A stretch of DNA of 64,000 nucleotides from Marsupella aquatica. Lineage: Eukaryota > Plantae > Marchantiophyta. Under the pieces are notes generated by a model. The model saw only the letters and a program-made list of their open reading frames with translations, ran no database searches and was not told where the DNA came from. Location: contig OZ316896.1 of NCBI GenBank assembly GCA_973895155.1, forward strand, positions 14,480,684-14,544,683, read 5' to 3'. Position numbers and translations under genes: made by a program. Of the stretch, positions 1 to 10,090 are shown piece by piece (the first letter of the stretch is position 1; the number at the start of each line of letters is the position of its first letter).

Positions 1-309
1 CCAAGCCTCCCAACTGAATTTGTAACTATGAGCCTAAGCTCCACTCACTAAATCCTACTAGTGAATATAGTAGTTGCACACCTAACCATAACAAAGTACT
101 TAATTTTGGTTAAATTAACTGTAGTTATATAATAACTCTAAACTTAAGAGTAAATGTCTCACAATAGAGTGAGACAACTTTTGAATTCATAACTTTTGCA
201 TGAGCTCAACCAGAGTTTCATTAGTCAATGTGTTGGCACAAGAACTTTCAGCTCATGTTTTTCCTATCATCCTTTGTTTCACCCTGTTCATTGTTGTATA
301 ACTCTACTA

Positions 310-460
310 CCGTCTTCCCCCGAACACAAGGCCCGGGCGTTGTGTTCGAATATGACATTTTTTGACCCCTAAAAGTAAAAAGTGATATTTATTCGAACAC
401 AACGTCCAATTAACACAGCGCCCGGGCGCTGTGTTCGAGTGTGGCGTTGTGTTTGAAGTT
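310..460. repeat. Left TIR plus subterminal CGAACACAACG-type motifs
   Basis: Palindrome CGAACACAAGGCCCGGGCGTTGTGTTCG at 321-348; further copies such as AACACAGCGCCCGGGCGCTGTGTT near 411-436. Confidence 0.85.
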
Positions 461-736
461 TGCGCAGCTTTGACATTGTGTTAGAATTTTGCACATACTT
501 TTGAAGTTGGCGCTGTGTGAGACCTTCGGTAGGTAGTGTACACTTCAAATTGAACAAACGAAGCAGGCAGTCCACAATTTTTGCACAATGTAGCAACAAT
601 ATATCGAGCAAAAGCTCATAACACATAGTCCACTCCTTTATTTCCTTCTCAATGTGCAAACGCACCAAGTTACAAATCAGATCGAAAGTGGATCTGTCTC
701 TGACTAAAGTCTACAAATCTGTGAATCCTACTCTGA

Positions 737-1333
737 CTATTCTCGCTCAAATCGGTTCATCAGATTTGTGATAGGCTTTCCGTTCGGCAATAGGACAGAG
801 ATCCTCTTCGCTCTCTTGGCTGGCTTTGGTGGCGGGGAGAACTCAGTGAAGCTATCCAGAAGTGACAAATCAAAATCCTCGATTGGTACTGCTTTCCCCA
901 CACAAAGGCTTGAAGATATCCAATCAAAGCTCACGAACTTGATTCTCCCACTCGAGTGATAAAAGTCCACACATCCCCAATCATACTTCGCCAAAACAGT
1001 CTGCCAATTCTTGGCAATCACATGTGTAGTGATTGGACTGATCCGGTAACAGACAGAACCTCCGCATTTGACAAACCGTTTCTTCAATATGTCAAATCGG
1101 CCAGGGCTAAATTTGTCAGGAATCAACAGAGCATACATGCCCTCAAAAGTGCCTCTTGTCCTTTCAAATGCATGAGCCAGTGCATCCATCTCAACTTTGG
1201 GATCCATCTCAACATTCGGCTCCACCTTACTGTTTGCCTCATTCTGAATCTCAGTGCTTGCAACCAACGAGTCGATGGTAACCTCAAAGTCTGCCGCAAC
1301 ATCAATACGTGCATTCTCAGCATGCTCTGCCAT
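737..1333 (-). CDS. 198-aa stand-alone BRCT-domain protein (DNA polymerase lambda/X-family-type BRCT) inside the transposon
   Basis: Open from ATG 1333 (MAEHAENARID). Core GTFEGMYALLI..RFDILKKRFVKCGGSV..ISPITTHVIA..KFVSFDWISSSLCVGKAVPIEDF shows the BRCT hallmarks (F-x-G, GG, THVI, W-I-x-x-S). Basic NLS-like PKPAKRAKR near the C-terminus; no polymerase domain. Confidence 0.75.
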   Translation of the reverse strand: MAEHAENARIDVAADFEVTIDSLVASTEIQNEANSKVEPNVEMDPKVEMDALAHAFERTRGTFEGMYALLIPDKFSPGRFDILKKRFVKCGGSVCYRISPITTHVIAKNWQTVLAKYDWGCVDFYHSSGRIKFVSFDWISSSLCVGKAVPIEDFDLSLLDSFTEFSPPPKPAKRAKRISVLLPNGKPITNLMNRFERE

Positions 1334-1994
1334 CGCCACCAGCAAGCAGTGGAAAGAAGTGAAAAACCAGCGAAATGACTCTCCTTGCAAATGCCTCCCG
1401 CAATCCCGCCACTTTCAGAACTGACGTTGTGATCGATTTCCCGTAAAAATTGAAATAGGTCCAAAAGAGACAAAACTCAGTCTCAAAAGAGACAAAACAC
1501 ACCACCGTTCTCGCTCCATCACTAAATCGACAAAGTGCCTTAAGCCAACATCTCTAAACCTGGGAGTCTTCGGCTATGGACAGGAGAAGGGGCAAAGAGC
1601 TGGAACGAGAAGGGTGAGTGAAGAATTGAACTCTTCACTGAAGTGATGTTCTGGATTTCGCATTTGACATTGAAACTAATGCAACGCCCTACTCTACTTT
1701 TGCAGGAATTGCAGGAACAAAGTATACATTCCTGATGTTTGTGAAGCTTCACCTTGTACGTCCAGCTCTCTCCTACCTGGCTCGGGACATGAACATGTGA
1801 AGACGTAAACCAGGTCAGTGAGAAGCGAAGTTCAATTTTAGCAAAAGGGAAAGAAATGACCAGGACTGCCAATTCCTCATGTATATGCTTTCGATTAGAC
1901 TCAGATTTTGCCTCACTGCATCAGCCATCACCTGGCTAAATTTTCGACTGCTTGCTGAGAGGATGGCACTCCATTCGGATTGCTTGCAGGGCCT

Positions 1995-2840
1995 TCACTC
2001 CCTCCCGAACGATGGACTTGCCCAGGGGCCCGAGTATGAGGGGAGATTTGTCTGTGAAGCCTGCTGAATCCCATCGTAGTACTTTGGATGTACCCTACCA
2101 GCATTCCACTTCTCCACAAATGCCTCAATGAATCCGTGAGTCTCCTTCAAACTTACGTCAGACAAATACACTTCTCGGTCCTGTTTCAACCATGTTGCAA
2201 ACTCACTGCTCTTCAAGAAACAATCATCAACAGAGATCTTCTACACCTTCCTGCTCGAAGCTTCAATCTCATGCGAGTTTGATTCTTCTTTCTGTTTATG
2301 TTTCTTCATAAGTTTCTTGGCCTCCTTAAGTAACCTCTGTTTCTTCTCCGCCTTGCTATCCTCCAGGACCTCCTCATCACAGTCTTTGTGGCTACTGATG
2401 TGAAGCCTCTTTTTCCGCTTCTTACTCTTCTTCTCCTTCGAATCTTTGTTGCTCCTCCGTGAGCTTCTCCTCAAGTTGTGCTCCTTCCATGTCCTCTCTC
2501 TCTTAGGGCGCTCCCCATCACTGTTCTTGCCCAAGGACAAAGAGTGCTCGGAAGAGGTAGAGCTCGACGAAAGGGAGGCTGGCAAGTCAGAATCAGACGA
2601 TTCATGCTTTGTCCTTTGTTTCCTCCGAGAGCGATCTTTCCTCTCTAGACTGCAACTTCAACTTCGGCTCCGGCTTCAATGTCAAAGGCTCTTCTTGTCA
2701 CTCGACGCTCCTCCTTGCTCTTTGTCTCCATCTTGAGCACGCCTGTTGTGGGGCGAGTCTCATCGTCCATCAGCCTCCTTCTTGTCCAAAGAATTGGGCC
2801 CACCCGTGCTCCATCGCCGATGTTCTCTCGTCCCCCATTT
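1995..2840 (-). pseudogene. Captured SCI1 (style cell-cycle inhibitor 1)-like gene fragment with RS/K-rich N-terminus
   Basis: One frame read through stops: ..KKSL*H*SRSRS*SCSLERKDRSRRK..KEKKSKKRKKR..RKV*KISVDDCFLKSSEFATWLKQDREVYLSDVS..FVEKWNAGRVHPKYYDGI. Matches the SCI1-family EFATWLK..FV..WN.G....YY.GI motif. Stops are TGA/TAG at likely CGA/CAG codons. Confidence 0.75.
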
Positions 2841-2884
2841 TGTTTCATGGAAGAAGCTTAGAGTTAAAGCTTCAGCTCATAGTG

Positions 2885-3165
2885 ATCAATCTCCAGCTCA
2901 AACTCTTTGGCCTGCTCTGCTCTGATCTTTCTTGTTGGCCTGGATACTCCGGCCACACTCTCCACCTGAGCCTCAACCTCTTTCCTCATGGCGTCTCACA
3001 TTTTCTCGAAGAGCATGGACTGATCCTAACGTTCTGGTCCGAATGCTGAAAGAACTCAGGCAGCATTTTCTCGCCAATCGAATGAGCAAGCGCGGAATTG
3101 GCATCCACCCTCACCTTCCAATTCTTGTGCGCGAGCCTCTCCTCTCATGACAGCTTCTTTGGGAG
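2885..3165 (-). pseudogene. Captured MOR1/XMAP215 (TOG1) N-terminal fragments
   Basis: Three collinear pieces: KKLS*EERLAHKNWKVRVDAN, KMLPEFFQHSDQNVR and SMLFEKM*DAMRKEVEAQVESVAGVSRPTRKIRAEQAKE. They match plant MOR1 KKLPWEDRLxHKNWKVR / KMLPELFDHQDQNVR / SILFEKMRDTMKKELE..PTRKIRSEQ as I recall it. Confidence 0.85.
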
Positions 3166-3444
3166 CGAGGCGAGGCATTTGGCTGATGCAGAACGAGTTA
3201 GCAAAGTCACTGCGTCACGCCATTCAGAGCATATGGACACCTTCATAAGTCTCTGGTCAATCCCTCAACAAACTCCTTCATTACAGCCTATGTTGTTGTC
3301 CAGACCGATCGATCGACCTGTGTTTTGTAGCTCCAAAAAGTTGTTGTTAGGCAAGGTCTTTATGTGCTCGTTCATGCCATTCATTTGTTGCAGGAACTGT
3401 TGAAGGTGCTGCAGGATTGCCGCCCCTGCCATTTGTCGACAGCC

Positions 3445-5424
3445 ATGGCAAGACATCCCCGTGGGACAGCACATGAGAAGCGACGGACTTACTCACTTAA
3501 GTTCAAGTTGGACGTCATTTGAGAGTATGACCCAAACGTCAAGGGGCAAGGCTTTGGGGCACTTGCCAAAAAGTTTGGAGTGCCCCGATCCGCTTTGAGA
3601 GGATGGTATGAGAAAAAGGCAGAATTGCAAGCCTCTCTTAAGGATGACAAGATCTCAACCCAAAAATCTCGTAGGTTAAGGGGAGGTGGGCGGAGGCCAT
3701 TGATGCCCAAAATGGAGGAGGAGCTTCATAATTGGATCCTGGCGCAAAATGAGAAGGGGTTGAGGGTGAAGGATTTGTACATCTCTAAGATGGGCTTGAA
3801 GATTGCTGAGAGGATGGCTACCAACACCGAAAATGAGGAATTGATGACGTTTAAAGCGTCAACAGGTTGGTTGGACAGGTTCAAAAAGCGTCATGACCTG
3901 GTGTCGAGGAGACATACAACTGATCGCAAGTTACCAGACAATGCTGCTGATTTGTGTCGGGCATTCATTCAGGAGTGCCAAGAATTGATTGACACTCACA
4001 AAATCAAACCCAAAAACATTATCAACATGGACCAGGTGCCACGGTATGAGACAGAGCCGAGGTCAACCATTACTACCCGAGGCAGTCGAACCGTGATGAT
4101 GAGAAAAGGTGGCACCAGCCATAAACGGTTCACTATTGCCTTGTCCATAATAGGGGAAGGCAAACATTTGAAGCCACACATTCTAATTTCAAACGGAAGA
4201 ACAAACCTGAAGTCCCGTTTGGCGTGTTTGTTGAGGTTAACCAAACTGGTAAATAAAATTCTTTCATTATTTATTTGTGTGGAGAGCTTTTCTTTCTGAA
4301 TTTCTTATGAAGCATGGTATTTAGGGAGAATGTAAAGAGAATTTTTTGTAATTGTACTTAATGTAACCAAATTTGTAAGGATGCAGGTATGTGGAATGAA
4401 CGGATATGTTGGGAACACTTCAATGAAACAGTGATGAAGCGAGGTGAGACCCAATTCTACCGGGAGCCCACTTTGTACATCATTGACGCATATGGTCCCC
4501 ACCTGAAGTGGCCCAAGGCACATGCGAAGGTACTGGAGGACTACAATGTGTTTGTGCGTATTGTGCCAGCGAACTTGATCTCTCTATTGCAGCCTCTTGA
4601 CGTTGCAATGAACCGAAGCTACCAGGCAGATTATGCAACGCAATATGACACTTACATTGCGGATGCCTTAAGTAATCCACAGATGCAAACAACTGCTGGG
4701 AACCCTAAAGTTCCAGCTGCCAAGGTGGTGGTAGAATGGGCACTTTCATGGATTGGCAATTGTGAGAAGGAGGACATGGCAAATGCATTTAGGGTAAGAT
4801 GAAATTTTGTTTAATTTTATGTGGCATTATGCATCTATTTCTTGATGAATTCTAAATTGATGTATCTTGTACTCACAGGTTTGTGGCTTGGTGCCAAGCT
4901 CACAATTTGCAGTGGAAAACCTACACCCTCCACTTAGAGCATTGTATGCGGCAGACTTGGACTTGGCCTAATGGAGTGAACAATATGGGCATGTACTTGA
5001 AGAGAGTGAAGAATTGCACCCTACTCTCCTCATTGAGCCACCTACATGGTTTTGTCCTGAGGAGGATTACTCTCTATTTAGATGCCTTCTTCGTTGCAAG
5101 GGTATTCACGGAAGTGATGTGGATGAATATCTTGACACCTATGTGATAAAGTTGGTGGTGCACATGTCAATGTGTCCTGATCTTGATGACATTTTTGATG
5201 ATGACGCTGCAGCTGATATGGTGAGTGGAGAAATAGTGGCAGGTACCTTGGCAGTGTTTGCAGCTTCTCAATTGGAGGAATGGGAGATTGAGCTCACAGA
5301 AGTGAATCTGGATAGCAAGATCATCCAAAACTTTGTTTACAAGGTGGAGGAACCTGTGAAGCAAGTTCATTTAGCAAGAAGTGGCAATTATTTTTGTATG
5401 CAGCTCAATGAAGGGTTCATGTAG
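3445..5424 (+). pseudogene. pogo-like transposase (HTH-psq/Brinker + HTH-CENPB + DDE_1, DD37D), 3 exons, inactivated
   Basis: ATG 3445 MARHPRGTAHEKRRTYSLKFKL; FKASTGWLDRFKKRH; catalytic NMDQ / IIDAY / QPLDV with 37 residues between D2 and D3. GT-AG introns 4249-4386 and 4794-4878. Lesions: TGA 3520-3522, a 1-bp frameshift near 4190 and TAA 4969-4971. Confidence 0.92.
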
Positions 5425-5894
5425 TGTTTATAAAAAACACTTGTTGGGTGACTCTATTCTTGGGCATGTGTTCCTTGTGTCACTATGAGAGTTATGAGAT
5501 CTATGTAAGGACTGGTTTGTTTCAATGAGAGTCGTATTATGTAACTCTCATAGGGACACAAGGTGAACTTGTCCAAGTCTCCTTGGTTATGTGATTTTAT
5601 TGTGCTGTTAGAGAACTTTTTATTGTAAGTTTGAGGCAACCAAACAATTGTCTTATGGTATGACATGTACTAAGTTCACAATAGTGACTTTTTGGAACAA
5701 TTTTTAGATATTGTTGTTTGTCATAAATTTGGTACTTATGATTTGCAAGGTCTGTTCTCTTAGCTTCCCTTGTAATTCCAGCGTTTGAAATACCGACACA
5801 TTCCCAAACACTTTATTTAAGACTTCAGTTTGTGCTTACACAATACATTAATCTCCTAACCTCGTACACAAGGTCCTAAACTCAAACACAATGT

Positions 5895-6078
5895 CTTTTT
5901 CGAACACAACGCCATTTTCGAACACAACGCCATTTTCGAACACAGCGCCACTAGGTTAAAAATCCAAAACCATGTCAAAAAAATTGAACACAACGGCCAG
6001 GGCGCTATATTCGAATACAGCGCCCCCCGGCCCACTATTCGAATATAGCGCCCGGGCGTTGTGTTCGGGGGAAGACGG
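5895..6078. repeat. Right subterminal repeats and TIR
   Basis: TTTTCGAACACAACGCCA repeated about 3 times in tandem (about 5897-5950), then inverted pairs of the same motif and the TIR at 6036-6078. Confidence 0.85.
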
Positions 6079-8603
6079 TAGTGGTGATTTTTTGGACAAT
6101 GTGCACCATATAAAAGTGCAATCCCCGAGTACATGCAAGGCTGACTCTTCTTCCCCATACTTTCTTTGTAAAATTGCAGTTTCTTGCACTTCTAGTGTTT
6201 CCCAAGTGGCTCCAAATGACCCAAACTGCAATCATTGTTTGTACTTTGGGTGATTGGAACGGCAGTTTCTTAGCTTGAGGTGATTGAATTGATTCAAGGA
6301 ACCTCTATGACCACAAAGTAACTGAACTTGCATTGGACTTTGGTTGATATTAGAGTTTTCCATGCAGCATGCACTCCCGGGTGAGTGAATCCATTATATT
6401 CACTTGAATTCAGGGTGAGTTAACATTTGAACCCAGGTTCAACAACTCACATTTAGGCAACAGGCTCAAACAGCAAGAAAGGCTCCCATACATGCTTCAC
6501 CCTAAGTCACCTACTCTTACTTTCAATTATAAACAACACTGAAAATAACACAAAGCAATACAAGACATATAAATCTCTTGGATATGAAAACCCAAACTTT
6601 GCACTTCCTTCTTCACTAAGCTTCCCTTCCCGGGGTTTTTTGGTCTTCCTTCTCTTCTCTCACAACCAGATTAGAAACAATGATCATCTCGAGTCCGACA
6701 AAAAGGGTATTTAAATAAACTCTAGCAAAATGGACAGCAATGGACATCCGTTTCAAACAAATATTCAGCTCTAAGACCTTCACAATGCAGTCCAGGTTCA
6801 GCAACATTCCTCCTAACCAACATTGTCCTTCCATAAACTTGTTGTGGCATCAAGCTCTAACTTTTGAGCTCTGCCTAAAGCTCCAAAGTGTTCAAACTGA
6901 ACATTGGAATTGGGCTGCAGCTAGGTTGGCTTCCCCTTAACTCCCTGGCTTAAACCCCAAACCTAAATACCAAAAACTCAAGCCTAACCTGACCTAACCC
7001 TCAATTCCTACCAAAGTCCCAATGGCCTCCTTAGGCTACGCCCTTCCATAGCACTTTTGTAACCCACTAATAATAGCAGCAGCAATTGAGGCCCCATGCA
7101 AGTGGTTAGCCCCTATTTAAATATAAACCCAAACCATACACCCATGCACACTTTTAGCTATTTTCTTGGGAAAAATTCAACTACTATTCTTTGGGAATAT
7201 GTGCACCATTTGCATAGTAACACTTGTAGCAATTAGAACATGGCAGGTGTCCTATGCATGTACATTACACAAAAAAACCTAACTTTCTTAGACAGCTTCA
7301 TTGGACATATGACCCATTTAATAAGGGCCTATTGTTCTTTGGAGCAAACCCAAAAATTTTAATGGACCCTATTGTTCTTCCACAAGACTTTGGAAGTTTT
7401 CATTCAAGACCATTTAAATGACCGTCTATTTCATGGCACAGGATGTGGTACTTCCAAGATGCTGATCCACTGTGAGTAATGTCAGGTGGAAACCTTTCTT
7501 CATTGTTTCCTTTCTTATCCTTTGTCAATCAATTGACTCCTATTCACCCCAACTTTCTTCTCTCCTTGGCTCCCTGTCCTTCCAATCTCTCCTGCCATCC
7601 CTCGTTCACAAGATCTGTTAATTGGATCAGCCACACTCAATGGACAATAAATGAACAAAAGCATCAAAGAAAGCCTTCATAGACCAATCTAGTGTAATCC
7701 CTTGAGGATGACCCCAGTTACATAGAATGTTATGACAAGCCCTTGATTCAAAAGGCCTTTTTTACATGCTCCCCAAATTGGATATATTGGAAATTAGATA
7801 CTCCTTTGATTTTAAATCTGGACAAATCTCTACCTCTTGTGTCTCATTTTTGCAAACTACTCAGTTCAAGTAATTCCTTGCACTCACTTGTGCTTGAGTC
7901 TCCTGACTTAACAATTGAAGGCAGATGCATCCAATTCCAAGAAAGGGCACATTGAATGGTTGTTTCCTGTTTGTATGTAACAGACTACACTGGATAGACA
8001 AAGCCAAGCAAAGTGAGAAGAGAAGAAAGGTGAGTTGAGCAAAAATAGATTCATGAGATAAATGGCCAAAGAGGGAAGAGAGGAAATGAAACCATTATGA
8101 AAGCTAGGTTACCACCTGCCGTTAGAGTGAATAAGCATCATCACTTTGCATGGAAGTCTGGTGAGAGCAGCACAGATATCTAGTGTGAGAGTTTTGTCAA
8201 ACAAGTCCAAGACCCTGGTAAAGAGTTAGAGACCTGGGCCAGGTCGCCAAGTTCCGTCTTGCAAATGAGACCAGTGACAAAATTAGCAAGCACATTGATT
8301 GGAGGTGTTGGCACATTTATTTGACTTCTAATCCGACAGACACTCAAGTTAAAACAAGTGATGAGTGTGCCCTTTCTTTGGACAATCCAGAGTCACAAAC
8401 AGGACTGATCACTACCACAAACATGATGTTCCTGTTTGTAACAAAAACCTTTGTGGCCACATGCAGTGCCAAAGATTTTGCATGCCATTTTCAACGGGGG
8501 TCCCAAAATCATACTGGCCGCCATGATTATTGTTTGTATCGGTGAGCTGGTAACTTGCTTAGTGCAGTATTTGCAGTATTTTTCATTTTAGGAAATTACC
8601 CAA

Positions 8604-9097
8604 TGTTGTTGAGCAAAGACAACATTCACAAACTAAGGCAAGCCCATGACATCCAACGCACAAGTAGTTGACACAGAGAGATACGTGGTTCACCTCAGTT
8701 GAGACTACGTCCCCTGTTACATCCACAGGAACACACGAGAACTTTACTGCACTCTAGGCCCATTGGCCATACAATCTCTATGCAATACAAGATCTCTCTA
8801 TCTATCAATTGGCTCTCTAACGATGATCCTGAGTTCCTCCTAGCCAAGCAAAACACTCTTTGGGATATAATGTGCACAATGACTAAGGTTAGTCCAAACT
8901 TCAACTTAAGAGTAAATGCCTATCGAATGCCAGAATCTTACTCTCCTATTTTCACTTTCTTTTTCAAATGTATATAGCAAAAAGTAGGTGTTTGCATTAG
9001 GATGCTTAGAAGATTCTTAAAATCTAATCTCTCAAGGTGTCTCAAGTAGAATAGAGTACTTAAGAATTGTAGTATAGATGATGAGACATAACCCATA
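8604..9097. mobile_element. Degenerate solo-LTR-like element related to 40948-41315
   Basis: Starts TGTTG. Shares GACA.AGAGAG.TA.GTGGTTCACC...GACTACGTCC and a terminal GCATAACC/ACATAACC motif with the 41-kb copy. The 3-prime end is decayed. Confidence 0.45.
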
Positions 9098-9339
9098 ATT
9101 ATATTATAGTGCAAAAGAACAAAAATGCCAAACTAGGAGACAGGGATCCCAAAGGCAAAGCAACCCAATAAAGGGAATGGGAAAAAACCCCAAAGAAAAC
9201 CAAGGGGCCTAACAAGCCAAGGGGTCAACCAAAAGGGAACAAACCAACCAACTATTCCACTAGGTGACCAAGAAGACTAACACTCTAGGGGCAGAGACTG
9301 AAAAGTCTAGTAGAGCTCCGGAGTAAACTGCATAGGAGG

Positions 9340-9480
9340 GTTGTCCTGAAGTGGAATTTGTCCAGAGTCTCTAAAGCCCCACTAAAACCGAATGCCTCAT
9401 GAAGTGGAATCTGTCTAGAGTCTCTGAAACCACTCTAAAACAGACTTTGCTACATGAAGTGAAATCTGTCTAGAGGCTCT
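9340..9480. repeat. Short tandem repeat, about 53-56 bp x3
   Basis: TGAAGTGGAATCTGTCTAGAGTCTCT-like core three times. Confidence 0.7.
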
Positions 9481-10090
9481 AATATCTCTCTAAAACCAAC
9501 TGCCTAGCTCTACTAAGTAGAGTGAGGTAGAGTGACTCTTTGACTTAAAGAAAATGATCACTTCAAGCCTGATTATCGAACACAACAGATTGCATGACAA
9601 GAAAGCAACACAATGAGAGAGTCCACCACAGAAAAAGCAGCAGCCAACAAGCTTGAGAAGATGACTGTAGTGCAGCGAAAGAAAGCGATCGAGGACACGT
9701 TGCAGCGGGGAAGAGAGCCACATGTATGCTTTGTTGGTTTGGGCGGCATCCCCACGCAAAGCCATAGTTATGCTGGCAGGAATTCAACACCTCTTTTCGT
9801 CTGAGCAGAGCTGAGCTGTCGACTCTCTCTACGCATGGAGTCCGATTCTCATGACCCTTTTAAGCCTCCAACTGCGATACACCCAGTCAGAGTGTGTGGA
9901 TGTTTTTGGTGGAGCAATCGAGAAATTGGAGAGAGGGACAGATCCATTGTTGAAGATTGGTACCGAGTAGCTAACAGGATTTCAACCTTCCAAGAGTGGG
10001 GCTCGCTTTTGAGATCCAGGTCCAGATCCATTCATTGCATTGGCAGATCTTTACTCTGAAACATCGCAGGGCTCACCCAATCGATCCGAT

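Larger units (their letters stand above)
310..6078 (+). mobile_element. pogo-family (Tc1/mariner superfamily) DNA transposon, full length with cargo
   Basis: Left TIR 310-352 (CCGTCTTCCCCCGAACACAAGGCCCGGGCGTTGTGTTCGAATA) is the reverse complement of 6036-6078 with 4 mismatches in 43 bp. TA flanks both ends (308-309 and 6079-6080). Contains an HTH-CENPB/DDE_1 transposase. Confidence 0.95.

Noticed and set aside
2300-2340. LLKEAKKL in the SCI1-like frame resembling the extreme MOR1 N-terminus
   Set aside because: Short match in a Lys-rich low-complexity region, out of order with the other MOR1 pieces; probably coincidence.
7400-8550. Possible retroelement coding remnants (also about 11600-12560, 19900-21050, 38300-39750, 56550-57600)
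   Set aside because: Composition suggests decayed TEs, but I could not read a diagnostic motif or boundaries; needs BLASTX/RepeatMasker.
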